From Ignavibacteriota bacterium (lineage in GTDB: Bacteria; Bacteroidota; Ignavibacteria; UBA10030), in contig JAKEEG010000068.1 of the NCBI GenBank assembly GCA_022616555.1, positions 912-64,911 on the forward strand: a stretch of DNA of 64,000 nt, in the 5' to 3' direction. This document shows, piece after piece, positions 19,316 to 30,042 of this stretch; position 1 is the stretch's first letter; each line of letters starts with the position of its first letter. The position numbers and the translations under genes are program-made. The notes under the pieces were generated by a model, which was given only the letters and a program-made list of their open reading frames with translations, had not been told where the DNA came from and made no database searches.

Positions 19316-22093
19316 ATGCCAAGCTCTGACAGTTTCAAAACCCACTCAGAACTCAAAGTCGGAAGTAAAACCTACAAGTATTACTCGCTCCCCAAACTCG
19401 AAAAAAGCATCGGGACAAAGCTCAACAGGCTACCCGTATCCCTGAGAATCCTGCTCGAAAATCTCCTCCGCAAAGAGGACGGCAGGGTCGTGCGCAAGGA
19501 AGACATTGAAGCGCTGGTGCGTTGGAATCCCAAAGCTACGCCTGACAAAGAAATCGCCTTCATGCCCGCGCGCGTGCTGTTGCAGGACTTCACCGGCGTT
19601 CCGTGCGTCGTTGATTTGGCAGTGATGCGCGATGCGATGATTGCCATGAAGGGCAATCCCGAAAAGATCAATCCCCTGCAACCCGTCGACCTGGTCATCG
19701 ACCACTCGGTGCAAGTGGATGAATACGGCACGGCGGCTTCATTCCTGCTGAACGTCGAAAAGGAATTCGAACGCAACAAGGAGCGCTACGCGTTCCTCCG
19801 CTGGGGACAGCAAGCGTTCAAAAACTTCCGTGTCGTGCCGCCGGGCACTGGAATCGTACACCAAATCAATTTGGAATATATCGCTCAAGCAGTGTTTACC
19901 TCTCAAGCAGATGGCACAACGTACGCTTACCCAGACACACTTGTGGGCACGGACTCGCACACGACGATGATCAACGGGCTTGGCGTACTCGGTTGGGGCG
20001 TCGGCGGCATCGAAGCAGAGGCAGCGATGCTCGGTCAGCCGATCTCGATGCTCATTCCACAAGTCGTCGGATTCAAACTCCATGGCAAACTTCGCCCAGG
20101 CGCCACGGCAACCGACCTGGTGCTTGTCGTAACGCAGATGCTGCGCAAGAAAGGCGTCGTCGGCAAATTTGTGGAGTTCTATGGTAACGGACTTTCATCA
20201 CTCAGCCTCGCCGACCGCGCAACCATCGGCAACATGGCGCCCGAGTACGGCGCGACGATGGGATTCTTCCCCATTGATAACGAAACGCTAAACTATTTGC
20301 GCTTCACCGGACGCAGCGCTGACACCGTCGCGCTCACCGAAGCCTACTGCAAAGAACAGGGCATTTTCCATTCTATGAACATGCCAGAGCCAGAGTTCAG
20401 CGATACGCTGGAACTTGACCTCGCCAGTGTCGAGCCGAGCCTTGCCGGACCCAAACGTCCGCAAGACCGCGTGACACTCTCGACCTCCAAACGCTCGTTC
20501 CGCACTTCACTTGTGGAGATGCTCGAAGCAAAGGGCGCGTCTATTAATAAAGAAGCCGCGTCCAAGTGGGTTGATGAGGGCGGCAGCGCTGCGACGGCTG
20601 TCGTTGAGAAATCCATCGTGGACAACTGCCTCAAGACCGTCCTCGTACGGAAGAATGGTTCAGAGTTCGAACTGATGCACGGCTCGGTTGTCATCGCCGC
20701 CATCACGAGCTGCACGAATACATCGAACCCTTCGGTGATGGTCGCCGCCGGATTGCTTGCGAAGAACGCTGTCGAGCGCGGATTGAAATCCAAACCGTGG
20801 GTGAAGACGAGCCTTGCGCCTGGCTCAAAAGTTGTGACAGACTACCTTGCGGAAGCGAAACTCTCCGGCTATCTCGACCAGCTTGGCTTCAACCTTGTCG
20901 GCTACGGCTGTACAACGTGCATCGGCAATAGCGGTCCATTGCCGGAATCCATTGCTAAGGCGGTACAGGAAAACGACCTCGTAGCGGTTTCCGTACTTTC
21001 CGGCAATAGAAACTTCGAGGGTCGAATCAATCCCCATGTCCGCGCAAACTATCTCGCCTCTCCCCCGCTTGTAGTCGCGTATGCACTTGCCGGCACAATG
21101 AACATCGACATCCAAAACGATCCCATCGGCACCGGGAAAGACGGGAAGCCTGTGTACTTGAAAGATATCTGGCCCTCTCCCGAAGATGTCGAGAAAACGA
21201 TCAGAGCTTGCGTAAAGTCTGAGATGTTCCACAAACAATACTCGAACGTCTTCGAGGGCGAAAAGGAATGGAGCTCGCTTCCCGTGCCAAAAGGTGCACA
21301 ATATGTATGGGATGGCGGCTCGACGTACATCAAAGCGGCGCCGTATTTTGAAAGCCTGCCGCGTGACCCCAAGCCACTACAAAACATTCACGGTGCGCGT
21401 GTGCTGGCAGTGCTCGGCGATTCAGTTACAACCGACCACATCTCTCCCGCCGGGTCGATTGCGCAGAAATCCCCAGCTGGGAAGTATCTGATGGAGCACG
21501 GCGTTCAGCCAGCGGATTTCAACTCGTACGGCTCACGCCGCGGCAACCATGAAGTAATGATGCGCGGCACGTTCGCGAATATCCGCCTGCGTAACCAAAT
21601 GGCGCCGGGCACGGAAGGCGGCTGGACGATTCATCCGTCGTCCAAAGAGCCGATGACAATCTTCGACGCGGCAATAAGGTATAAAGAAGAGAACGTTCCG
21701 CTTGTCATTATCGCCGGAAAAGAGTACGGCTCCGGCTCCTCACGCGATTGGGCTGCGAAAGGCCCACGCTTGTTGGGCGTTCGCGCTGTCATAGCCGAGA
21801 GCTTCGAGCGCATCCACCGCAGTAACCTTGTCGGTATGGGCGTGCTGCCGTTGCAATTCGAAGAAGGCCAGAAAGCGAAAAGCCTCGGGTTAACGGGCTT
21901 TGAGACATTCGATATCGAAGGCATTGCCGAGAACTTGCAACCGATGAAGAAAATGACCGTAAAAGTGAAGAAAGCCGACGGCGGTACTATTACGTTCACC
22001 GCCGTTGCCCGCATCGACACGCCGAATGAAGTCGATTATTACAAGAACGACGGCATTTTGCAATATGTGCTGAGGACACTGTTGAAGAAGTAA
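19316..22093 (+). CDS. acnA: Aconitate hydratase A
   Basis: About 925 aa from the ATG at 19316 (AGGAGA ribosome-binding site 6 nt upstream); the longer ORF from 19238 is probably a spurious extension; strong aconitase-A similarity throughout. Confidence 0.9.
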   Translation: MPSSDSFKTHSELKVGSKTYKYYSLPKLEKSIGTKLNRLPVSLRILLENLLRKEDGRVVRKEDIEALVRWNPKATPDKEIAFMPARVLLQDFTGVPCVVDLAVMRDAMIAMKGNPEKINPLQPVDLVIDHSVQVDEYGTAASFLLNVEKEFERNKERYAFLRWGQQAFKNFRVVPPGTGIVHQINLEYIAQAVFTSQADGTTYAYPDTLVGTDSHTTMINGLGVLGWGVGGIEAEAAMLGQPISMLIPQVVGFKLHGKLRPGATATDLVLVVTQMLRKKGVVGKFVEFYGNGLSSLSLADRATIGNMAPEYGATMGFFPIDNETLNYLRFTGRSADTVALTEAYCKEQGIFHSMNMPEPEFSDTLELDLASVEPSLAGPKRPQDRVTLSTSKRSFRTSLVEMLEAKGASINKEAASKWVDEGGSAATAVVEKSIVDNCLKTVLVRKNGSEFELMHGSVVIAAITSCTNTSNPSVMVAAGLLAKNAVERGLKSKPWVKTSLAPGSKVVTDYLAEAKLSGYLDQLGFNLVGYGCTTCIGNSGPLPESIAKAVQENDLVAVSVLSGNRNFEGRINPHVRANYLASPPLVVAYALAGTMNIDIQNDPIGTGKDGKPVYLKDIWPSPEDVEKTIRACVKSEMFHKQYSNVFEGEKEWSSLPVPKGAQYVWDGGSTYIKAAPYFESLPRDPKPLQNIHGARVLAVLGDSVTTDHISPAGSIAQKSPAGKYLMEHGVQPADFNSYGSRRGNHEVMMRGTFANIRLRNQMAPGTEGGWTIHPSSKEPMTIFDAAIRYKEENVPLVIIAGKEYGSGSSRDWAAKGPRLLGVRAVIAESFERIHRSNLVGMGVLPLQFEEGQKAKSLGLTGFETFDIEGIAENLQPMKKMTVKVKKADGGTITFTAVARIDTPNEVDYYKNDGILQYVLRTLLKK

Positions 22094-22096
22094 CCT

Positions 22097-22124
22097 GTAG
22101 GGGCGTTTAATTAAACGCCCCTAC
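22097..22124. repeat. TAGGGG-N-CCCCTA palindrome, copy c (gtaggggcgttta-at-taaacgcccctac)
   Basis: Perfect 13 bp arms, immediately after the acnA stop and about 63 nt upstream of the 22187 CDS. Confidence 0.6.
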
Positions 22125-22186
22125 AATATACACCCACCTCCTTCGTCTATTCAGTTAACACCGTTAAGAATTCAGGAGAATAGCCA

Positions 22187-22819
22187 ATGCCCATGTCGCC
22201 CCGCGTACGCAAGTTTGCGCTCACAGCGCACATCACATTTTCGGTTGGGTGGTTTGGAGCAGTTGCTGTATTCCTTGCTCTCGCCCTTGCCGGTCTGACA
22301 AGCCAGAACGCCCAGCTGGTTCAAGCGGCGTATGTTGCGATGGCACTCAGCGCTTGGTTCGTGATTGTCCCAGCCAGCTTTGGCGCGTTTTCGACGGGTT
22401 TGATTCAATCGCTTGGAACACAGTGGGGTTTGTTCAAACATTACTGGGTTGTTGTAAAACTCCTGCTCACCGTCATCGCCACCGGATTGCTGTTGTTGCA
22501 CATGGAGCCCGTCAGTTATCTTGCGGAGATAGCATCCCAAATTACGCCTTCCGGTACCGAATTCCGCTCAATACAGCTTCAACTTGTCGGCGACGCATCC
22601 GCAGCACTGTTCGTACTGGGCGCAACGATAGCGATCTCTGTTTACAAACCGTGGGGTCTAACGCCGTACGGAATTCGCAAGCAGCAAGCTCAAGCAGAGA
22701 TGAGAAATGAGAAGAGCGCGAAAAGATCTCAGGGTTTTTATATCTTGATCGGGCTTTTAGTTCTCGGAGTGTTAATCGCAATTATACATCTGCTCGGGGG
22801 CGGTTTAGGCAATCATTGA
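22187..22819 (+). CDS. Hypothetical integral membrane protein (4-5 TM helices)
   Basis: 210 aa; hydrophobic helices; no family recognised. Confidence 0.45.
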   Translation: MPMSPRVRKFALTAHITFSVGWFGAVAVFLALALAGLTSQNAQLVQAAYVAMALSAWFVIVPASFGAFSTGLIQSLGTQWGLFKHYWVVVKLLLTVIATGLLLLHMEPVSYLAEIASQITPSGTEFRSIQLQLVGDASAALFVLGATIAISVYKPWGLTPYGIRKQQAQAEMRNEKSAKRSQGFYILIGLLVLGVLIAIIHLLGGGLGNH

Positions 22820-23469
22820 TTCGACGCACTCGCTGTCTCAACTTCCGCTTTGCGTTCCTGCCGAAGTTTGGCGATCCGTTTACTCACCCACTCCCATACA
22901 CGATAAAGTAGCAGCACACCAATGATCGCGCCGTATGTTAGCGGGCGCTGCGTGTCGGCTTTCACCAGCCAGAGATAGTGTATCACGCCGCAAATCCCCG
23001 TTACGTAAACCAGACGATGTAACAATTGCCAGCGCTTGCCGCCAATCCATTTAGTGATACGGTCGGTTGAGGTCGCTGCGAGCGGTATCATGAGCGAATA
23101 CGCCGTAAAGCCAATGAGGATAAACGGGCGTTTGGGAATATCCGCCAAGATTTCTCCCCACTCAAAGAACTTATCGAAGTACAGGTATGTGAAGAAGTGC
23201 AGCGAGCCGTAGAAGAACGCGTAGAGCCCGAACATACGTCTTAACTGAAGTAACTGATTCCATTTCGTGATGCGCCTGAGCGGAGTGATGCTCAACGTGA
23301 TGACGATGAAGCGGAGCGTCCATGTTCCGGTTTCGTCGGTGATATCATCCAACGGATTGGCGCTGAGCGTATCGGTCAGCACACCATACACGAGCAAGCC
23401 AAGAGGAACGAGGGCAAGGATGAAAAGCGCCGGCTTAAGTACTCTGCGGAACCACTGTTGTTGGGTCAT
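22813..23469 (-). CDS. msrQ: Protein-methionine-sulfoxide reductase heme-binding subunit MsrQ (YedZ-like)
   Basis: 218 aa; ferric-reductase-like TM protein with conserved His residues; adjacent to msrP. Confidence 0.75.
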   Translation of the reverse strand: MTQQQWFRRVLKPALFILALVPLGLLVYGVLTDTLSANPLDDITDETGTWTLRFIVITLSITPLRRITKWNQLLQLRRMFGLYAFFYGSLHFFTYLYFDKFFEWGEILADIPKRPFILIGFTAYSLMIPLAATSTDRITKWIGGKRWQLLHRLVYVTGICGVIHYLWLVKADTQRPLTYGAIIGVLLLYRVWEWVSKRIAKLRQERKAEVETASASNQ

Positions 23470-23548
23470 GTTTTAGGAATGCCAAATATCAAAGCTCAAA
23501 TTACAAATGAGGGGATTTGACATTTGGATTTTGAAATTTGGAATTGCT

Positions 23549-24508
23549 TCAAAAGTATCTCTTCAGGTCCATTCCTGCGTACAGATGTTCGACGTATTCG
23601 CCGTAGCCGTTGAACATCAGCGTTTTGCGCTTGAAGAACTCGCCGATGCGGCGCTCGCTGCTCTGGCTCCAGCGCGGGTGGTCGACGCTGGGGTTGACGT
23701 TCGAGTAGAAGCCGTACTCATCGGAGTTTGCCTGCGTCCATGTTGAGACTGGTTGGTTCTCCACGAAGCGAATTTTCACAATCGACTTGATGCCCTTAAA
23801 GCCGTACTTCCACGGCACAACGAGGCGGAACGGCGCGCCGTTCTGGTTCGGCAGCTCCTTCCCGTACAATCCCACGGCAAAAATCGCCAACGGGTGCATT
23901 GCCTCGTCCATGCGCAGTCCTTCGACGTAGGGCCAGTTCAGGTACGGGCGCTTCTGGCCGGGCATTTGATTGGAATCCAGCAACGTTGTGAACTCAACGA
24001 ACTTCGCTTTGGGCAGCGGCTCGAATTTTTTGAATAGCTCGGAAAGTGGAAAGCCCAGCCACGGAATCACCATCGACCACGCCTCGACACAACGCATGCG
24101 GTAGATGCGGTCTTCCAGCGTGATGCCTTTAAGCAGGTCTTCTAAGTTGTATGCTGCAGGCTTCTTGGCCAGCCCTTCGACTTTTACCGACCACGGTTTT
24201 GTTTTGAAATTCTGCGCGTTCTCCGCCGGGTCATCTTTATCGATGCCGAACTCATAAAAGTTATTGTACGTCGTAATGTCTTTATACGGCGTGAGCTTTT
24301 CATCGGTATCAAACGGGCTTTTCTGCTTAGGCTTCCAGTCCTGCTGCTCCAGCGCTGATAATCTCCTCAATGGCTGCTCGATGATTGAGCCGACAGCAAG
24401 TCCAGCCGCAGCTGCACCCGCTGTGCGGATGAACTGGCGTCGATTATGATAGAGCGGCTCAGGGGTTATTTCGGATGAGAGAATATCGTTGGCGCGCTTG
24501 ATGAGCAT
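23549..24508 (-). CDS. msrP: Protein-methionine-sulfoxide reductase catalytic subunit MsrP (YedY-like molybdoenzyme)
   Basis: 319 aa; Tat signal [18 protein letters not shown] and a sulfite-oxidase-like Moco domain. Confidence 0.85.
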   Translation of the reverse strand: MLIKRANDILSSEITPEPLYHNRRQFIRTAGAAAAGLAVGSIIEQPLRRLSALEQQDWKPKQKSPFDTDEKLTPYKDITTYNNFYEFGIDKDDPAENAQNFKTKPWSVKVEGLAKKPAAYNLEDLLKGITLEDRIYRMRCVEAWSMVIPWLGFPLSELFKKFEPLPKAKFVEFTTLLDSNQMPGQKRPYLNWPYVEGLRMDEAMHPLAIFAVGLYGKELPNQNGAPFRLVVPWKYGFKGIKSIVKIRFVENQPVSTWTQANSDEYGFYSNVNPSVDHPRWSQSSERRIGEFFKRKTLMFNGYGEYVEHLYAGMDLKRYF

Positions 24509-24695
24509 GGGGTTCTCCTTGGCTTAAAAGAAGATCGACATTTTTCGCAGACACGCGTGCCCGAAAAATGTCGGACTTGTTGTGTTCCTTCGCTCATAGA
24601 ACGATGAAGCTCTGTGCTTCGTTCCCACCACTCAGGACTGCGTCAATAGTTATTGACGCAGAGACACAATAATGATTGTGTCACTCCATAAAAGC

Positions 24696-26306
24696 TTACG
24701 AGCGCTCTTGCTTCCACCAGCGGTCGACAACCTGGCCGATATGAGTCTCGACGCCGCTTTGCTTCCACTTGTCGAAGAAACGGATGTCGGAGCTTTCCGG
24801 TTCTGGGTTGGGATAATCAACTTGCACGCGCAGGGGCATGGGCATCGAGTCGCCGACGACAAGCGCTTCGCCCTGTCGAAGCGCAGGGAGCACATCGACC
24901 AAACCGGAAAACGAATCAGGCACAAGCCTTCGCACATAGTTCTGGTCGAGCGGATTCGTGAGGCGTAAAATAACGAAATTCGAGCACTGCGACAGGATCG
25001 TTTCAGACACCTCCGTGGGGCGCTGGCTGACGATCATACAACTGACGCCGTACTTTCTGCCTTCCTTCGCGATGCGTTCGACAACGCGGCGTGCGGCTTT
25101 CGTGGTAGAGCCGCCGCTCGGCAGATAGTTATGCGCTTCTTCGAACACCAGCAAGATTGGGAAATCGCGGCGGTGCATGTTCCAGAAATTGAAATCGAAG
25201 GACATGCGCGCGAGCATCGCGACGATGGTGTTGACGATATCGAACGGTACACCGCTCATATCCATAATGGTCACCTTGGCGGCTCCTGCTTTTCCGAAAA
25301 TCTTCTCCATCAATTCCTTCATCGATTCCGAGGTGAGGTACAGCCTCGGCTTGAACATAAACGCGTAGCGCGGGTCGCTCAATTTACTGTCCAACCGCAC
25401 GAGGAAGCGCGTGAACTTGCCGTAGAACGGCCCCTCTTTCGTGCCTGCGGAACCGACGCCGCTGATTTTTTCCGTGTCCAGGTACTGTACTTTTGCGCGC
25501 ACCTCGGCGATATCAAAATAGACCGGCGTATCGATCGTGAGCACATCTGCCAAGCTGGGATTTTTTCCTTTTTTCGAGGCGATGACGAGATCCTTCAATA
25601 CGGTAATCTGACTCGACGCATTCTCGTCGCGCTCATCAATGAACATCTCCTGCATCTCCTCGAAGTTCATCAGCCAGAACGGGAATTCCAATTCCGCGAT
25701 GTTCAGGTAATTGGATGAGCCGGCGAATGCCGCCTGGTACTCGTTGTGGATGTCGAGGATGATGATATTGGTATCCGGGAAGCTTGTGACTTTCTGCAAG
25801 AGAGACGAGACCGTGCATGATTTTCCCGAGCCGCTGGAGCCGAGCACGGCGATGTGCTTGCCGAAAAACCGGTTCGGGTCAAGGTAACTCCGTTCGTTCT
25901 CAAACATCGACAGGTTGCCGATGGAAAACCCGAACTTGCGGAACACGGAGAACACAGCGGTCAAGTCCGCATCTTCCGCGAGGTAAACGACCGTATCGAC
26001 CGGAGGCACAATGGAAACGCCTCGCTCGTAGCGCCCGCCTTTGACGGTTCCGACAAGATTCACCGTCATCACGTAGCGCTGCATGCCGCTGCCGTTGAGC
26101 TGTACGTCTTGCTTCCGGAAATCGGAAACCATCGCCACGACGATGAGTTTCGCAAACGGGATGAGCACGTAGCTGCTGATCTGCCCGATATAGTAGGTTT
26201 TGCCGTTGAACTCGCGGACGAGATTATCGATCTCTTCATCGATCAGAACGGTAATGCCGCCAGTGGTTACTTCCGAAACAACACCGATGCGTTTTTGGTC
26301 TAACAT
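24696..26306 (-). CDS. HerA-like (DUF87, FtsK/HerA-superfamily) hexameric ATPase
   Basis: 536 aa; N-terminal HAS-barrel-like segment, Walker A VLGSSGSGKSC, Walker B LLVFEEAHNYLP, and a C-terminal SQRPTEV...ILRLTNPLDQNYV block typical of bacterial HerA/DUF87. Confidence 0.8.
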   Translation of the reverse strand: MLDQKRIGVVSEVTTGGITVLIDEEIDNLVREFNGKTYYIGQISSYVLIPFAKLIVVAMVSDFRKQDVQLNGSGMQRYVMTVNLVGTVKGGRYERGVSIVPPVDTVVYLAEDADLTAVFSVFRKFGFSIGNLSMFENERSYLDPNRFFGKHIAVLGSSGSGKSCTVSSLLQKVTSFPDTNIIILDIHNEYQAAFAGSSNYLNIAELEFPFWLMNFEEMQEMFIDERDENASSQITVLKDLVIASKKGKNPSLADVLTIDTPVYFDIAEVRAKVQYLDTEKISGVGSAGTKEGPFYGKFTRFLVRLDSKLSDPRYAFMFKPRLYLTSESMKELMEKIFGKAGAAKVTIMDMSGVPFDIVNTIVAMLARMSFDFNFWNMHRRDFPILLVFEEAHNYLPSGGSTTKAARRVVERIAKEGRKYGVSCMIVSQRPTEVSETILSQCSNFVILRLTNPLDQNYVRRLVPDSFSGLVDVLPALRQGEALVVGDSMPMPLRVQVDYPNPEPESSDIRFFDKWKQSGVETHIGQVVDRWWKQERS

Positions 26307-26340
26307 GGATGCGCTCCCCTTCTAGCAATAAAGGTAAATG

Positions 26341-27573
26341 TTAGTGAACTCTCTTGACAATTACAACGGTCTTGTCATCCGTATTCTCAGAACCCTTTGA
26401 AAACGTCTGGACATCCTCTAAAATAGCTTTGCAGATTGCCTCGGCGCTCTCCTCGGCATACTCCTCCACTTTCTCCGCAATGCGGCGTTCGCCATAAAGT
26501 TCATCGTTGCTGTCCGTCGCCTCGCTAATGCCGTCGGTATACATGACGAGAATATCCCCCAACGCCATACGCGTGTTTTCCACACGGAAGCGTTCCTGTG
26601 GGAACGGCCCCAGCACTTGTCCTGTAGCCTCGAGCATTTCAATTCTGCGGTCGTGTGCATGATACAACACCGGACTGTTATGTCCCGCATTGCAATACAA
26701 CAGCAAGCCTTTCTGGTCGTCTGCGAATTCCGCGTAGAACATGGAAACGAACTGTTCTTCCGAGAACGTGGAATTCACCAGCGAGTTGATGCGCGCGACG
26801 AGAGAGCTGATTTTTGTATGATACGAAATGCCCATCCGCAGCGCGCCCACGACGTACAACGCCTGCGACGCCGCGCGGAAGCCTTTACTGGCAGCGTCCG
26901 CGATGAACACGCTCAGGCGGTCGCGTTCTTCATCGCCGAACAAGTAGTCGAAAAAATCGCCGCCGACAATACGGTCGGGGATCGACATGCCGTAGAGTGC
27001 GTAGTTATGAAAGTCCAGCGCGGGCTGCGGGAGAATGCTTTGCTGAATCTCGCGCGCCTTATCGATATCGCGCTCGAGCAGTTTCGCTTTCTGCTCGATT
27101 TTCTTGCCCTTCAAGCGCGCCGTCAGCGCGAGGCTGATGATATTCAGCTCGCTTAAATGGCTGTGGTCCAACTCCTCGGAGTTGAACGCAAGCACGTACT
27201 GGTACACCGGACCGTTCTTGGACGGCTGCCTATCGCCGACACCCGTCGCAGAGTATTTCAGAATGCCCTTCTTGCGCAGATATTTATCGGTCTCGCGCGC
27301 GATAATCGAGCGGTGCATGCCGAGTTGAACAAAAACCGGATATTCCGCGAGCACGATGCGATAGCCCGGCTCGATTTTCTCGATCACACCGATTTGGTGA
27401 AGCAGACGATACGACTCGGTAGATGTTTCAAACTGCCAGATACGTCCGCCCTGAATGCTGATGTTCTCGTTCTTGACGATTTCGTTGACGACGTGTTTCA
27501 ACAGCTGCGCGTCGGACTTGAAATCGTTCGAAACAAAACTTTCTATGGTTTTATATAATCTTCGTTGGTGCAT
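26341..27573 (-). CDS. PP2C-type Ser/Thr phosphatase (SpoIIE/RsbU-like) with an uncharacterised N-terminal domain of about 170 aa
   Basis: 410 aa; C-terminal PP2C/SpoIIE motifs GGDFFDY, SVFIADAASKG, YCNAGHNSPVLY, YTDGISEA; the N-terminal domain is unassigned (possibly GAF/PAS-like); ends 35 nt upstream of herA. Confidence 0.75.
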   Translation of the reverse strand: MHQRRLYKTIESFVSNDFKSDAQLLKHVVNEIVKNENISIQGGRIWQFETSTESYRLLHQIGVIEKIEPGYRIVLAEYPVFVQLGMHRSIIARETDKYLRKKGILKYSATGVGDRQPSKNGPVYQYVLAFNSEELDHSHLSELNIISLALTARLKGKKIEQKAKLLERDIDKAREIQQSILPQPALDFHNYALYGMSIPDRIVGGDFFDYLFGDEERDRLSVFIADAASKGFRAASQALYVVGALRMGISYHTKISSLVARINSLVNSTFSEEQFVSMFYAEFADDQKGLLLYCNAGHNSPVLYHAHDRRIEMLEATGQVLGPFPQERFRVENTRMALGDILVMYTDGISEATDSNDELYGERRIAEKVEEYAEESAEAICKAILEDVQTFSKGSENTDDKTVVIVKRVH

Positions 27574-27757
27574 TGAATCCTTTTGTAATTTGCCACTATG
27601 TCACTAAGAAATTAAAATCTTACTTGTCTACCCCCTGCATTCCGTTCACGTGGCGAACGGAACGCGTCCCGCTTGATGAAGGAGGACAAAAAGCTTTTCT
27701 TTAACTGCGCAACCTAAACTACCGAAGCAATCCCCTCGGGAGTGGTTTGCTTTTCTG

Positions 27758-29941
27758 TTAAGCTTTTACTTTTCTTTTCTGTACTTCATAAATTTTAATC
27801 GGCTTTGCCTTTCCCTTGACCTTGATCGGGTCGAGAGCAACAAGCTTAAACTCTTTCGGCGAGCCGAGGTGTTTCAATGCGAAATCGGACATGAGAATCT
27901 GCCCGCCTTTCGCCGCGCTACACAGCCGCGCGCCGAGGTTCACGTTATCGCCGATCACAGTATAATCCATTCTTTCCTCACTGCCCATGGCGCCCATCAC
28001 CATCTCACCTGTATTAATGCCGATGCCGATGGCAATGCGTTCTTTGCCGTCAGACAGGGCGTCATTTGACAATTCTTCCTGTATTTCCAGCGCTGCGCGC
28101 AGGGCATTTTCGACCATCTTTCCGCCTTCAAATACCGCCACAAGCTCATCACCGACGTACTTATCGATGTCGCCGCCGTATTTTTTCACGATGGAAGATT
28201 GCCGCGACAACGTGGTGTTGAGCATGGTAACGACTTTTTCAGGCTCGACGTCTTCCGAAAACGCCGTGAAGCCGCGAATATCCGAGAAAAACACCGTGGC
28301 GACTTTCCGCTCGCCGCCGAGCCGAACACCCTGCAGGTCGGCTCTGCTCACCGCGTCGGCGGTCTGGCGCGAGACGAACTTTTGAAGGTGCAGGCGTTCG
28401 CGCAATCCTTTCGTCATCTCGTTGATGCGACGGGCAAGATTCCCGATTTCATCACTGGAGTTTTCCTCTGCGTGCGCAGAGAAATCTCCTTCACCGATGC
28501 GGAGTGCGACACCCTCGATGGCTTTGACGGGTTTTACTACCACAGAATTCATAAAGATGCGCAGGACGCCCCACACGAAGAAGATCGTGACAATGCCCAC
28601 TGCTGTTGAGCGGACTTTGTTGGCATTTATCGCTTCGTTAATATCACCCATCGACGCTGAGATTTCCACGACGCCGCGCACCTTGTGGTTCCTGCCGTGG
28701 CACGAGTAGCACCGCTGCTCATTGCGGAGCGGCGTAAGCATCACGAGTCGGTCATCATCGCCTTCGCGAGCAACAAACTCCATTGTCGCCACGCTATCCG
28801 CTACCAATTTTGTTTCAATTCTCTGGCGCGGTGTGGGATTGAGAAAACGCTCGTTGCCGTCTTTATCATACACACTCAGTTTTTGAATGACGGGCAAGGA
28901 GCGTATTTCGTCCAGATAGTAACGGGCAGAACCGGCGCGCCCAACGAGCATGATGCCGCGGAAACCCTCGAAGAGCGCTGTCTGAAACACCGGCGTCAGC
29001 TTTTTAGCGACATCCGAGCTGAACATCCGCAACGAGTCGGCATCAAAATCCACAGCAAGCACGCCGCGCATGGGAAACTTCTCGCCGTGGCAGATCTGAC
29101 AACGCTCCTCGTTTGCCAGCGGCAACAGCAGGCTCAGCGTCTTCCCGTTGCGCTTGAATTGTTTTTCTTTTGTACGATTTTCGATGATTTCAAGAATCGG
29201 TTCGGCGTCGACTTCATCTTCGTAATCACCGAACGCGATATCGCCCAGCCTGCTGAACACCCGTACTTGTTTCACCGCCGGGATGTTCTTGGAGGCGAGC
29301 ATCAGCGTATCCATAAACTCTCCGCCACCGCCGACCATAATGTTGCGAAACGCGGTGGCGATAAAATCGCCCATAATGCCGGCTGTCTGCTGCACGGTTT
29401 CTTCAGTACTACCCGTGCGCATGGCGCTCGGTTTCAACGCTAATTGCAGTACGCCGCGAATATGGTCCTTGGGATCGTGGCAGCGCCAGCATTCGACTCT
29501 GTTGGGCAGCGGCTCGTAACGCGTCAGGATATCCTCCCCAGCGGTGTTGCCCATCGTCCAGTGCGTTGCATGAGCACTGAGTGTTTGGCTGAGGAGCGTG
29601 TCGGTCTCGTGCACATTGTAAATGACGCCCTCGCCTTCGCGCAGGAAGACCTCGCGCCCCAGCCGGTCGTAGATCGTCAGGTCGCCGAAGCTATTCAGGT
29701 TCTGCCGGACGTCGTTCACCAGCTCGGCGGCGTACGGCGATTTGCCGGTGAGCATCACGTTGCGGATGCCCGCCATGATTGTCTCCGAGTAGAGCCAGAG
29801 CTTCTCGCGATGGTCTTTCACCATCTGCTCGGATTCCTTCTGAATGCTGACGATAACGTAACTGCCGAACCCGATGAGGAGTACGGCGGTCAGCAGCAGG
29901 AGAATTTTATACTCGAGGCGTTCCCGAATTGCCCGAATCAA
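27758..29941 (-). CDS. Membrane-bound class III adenylate/guanylate cyclase with a HAMP linker and a periplasmic sensor carrying three CxxCH motifs
   Basis: 727 aa; TM1 near residue 15; a roughly 420 aa periplasmic region with three repeats ending CWRCH, CQICH and CYSCH, each followed by ...RGV(L/V); TM2, HAMP, then the cyclase homology domain (FSDIRGFT, VGDELVAVF, GINTGEMVMGAMG, IGDNVNLGARL). Confidence 0.85.
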   Translation of the reverse strand: MIRAIRERLEYKILLLLTAVLLIGFGSYVIVSIQKESEQMVKDHREKLWLYSETIMAGIRNVMLTGKSPYAAELVNDVRQNLNSFGDLTIYDRLGREVFLREGEGVIYNVHETDTLLSQTLSAHATHWTMGNTAGEDILTRYEPLPNRVECWRCHDPKDHIRGVLQLALKPSAMRTGSTEETVQQTAGIMGDFIATAFRNIMVGGGGEFMDTLMLASKNIPAVKQVRVFSRLGDIAFGDYEDEVDAEPILEIIENRTKEKQFKRNGKTLSLLLPLANEERCQICHGEKFPMRGVLAVDFDADSLRMFSSDVAKKLTPVFQTALFEGFRGIMLVGRAGSARYYLDEIRSLPVIQKLSVYDKDGNERFLNPTPRQRIETKLVADSVATMEFVAREGDDDRLVMLTPLRNEQRCYSCHGRNHKVRGVVEISASMGDINEAINANKVRSTAVGIVTIFFVWGVLRIFMNSVVVKPVKAIEGVALRIGEGDFSAHAEENSSDEIGNLARRINEMTKGLRERLHLQKFVSRQTADAVSRADLQGVRLGGERKVATVFFSDIRGFTAFSEDVEPEKVVTMLNTTLSRQSSIVKKYGGDIDKYVGDELVAVFEGGKMVENALRAALEIQEELSNDALSDGKERIAIGIGINTGEMVMGAMGSEERMDYTVIGDNVNLGARLCSAAKGGQILMSDFALKHLGSPKEFKLVALDPIKVKGKAKPIKIYEVQKRKVKA

Positions 29942-30042
29942 ATTCCATCCCCTTCATGTGTGTGTAACGGAATTACGGCTGGTTGGCAAGTTTCAAAATA
30001 GCGGGAAATTGGGTGAAAATCAACGCGGTATCTCATTAGCTT

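Noticed and set aside
25131-25718. 195 aa plus-strand ORF
   Set aside because: Antisense to the HerA-like gene; His/Arg-rich artefactual composition
28685-30001. 252 aa and 185 aa plus-strand ORFs
   Set aside because: Antisense to the cyclase gene, whose domain order is continuous and well supported
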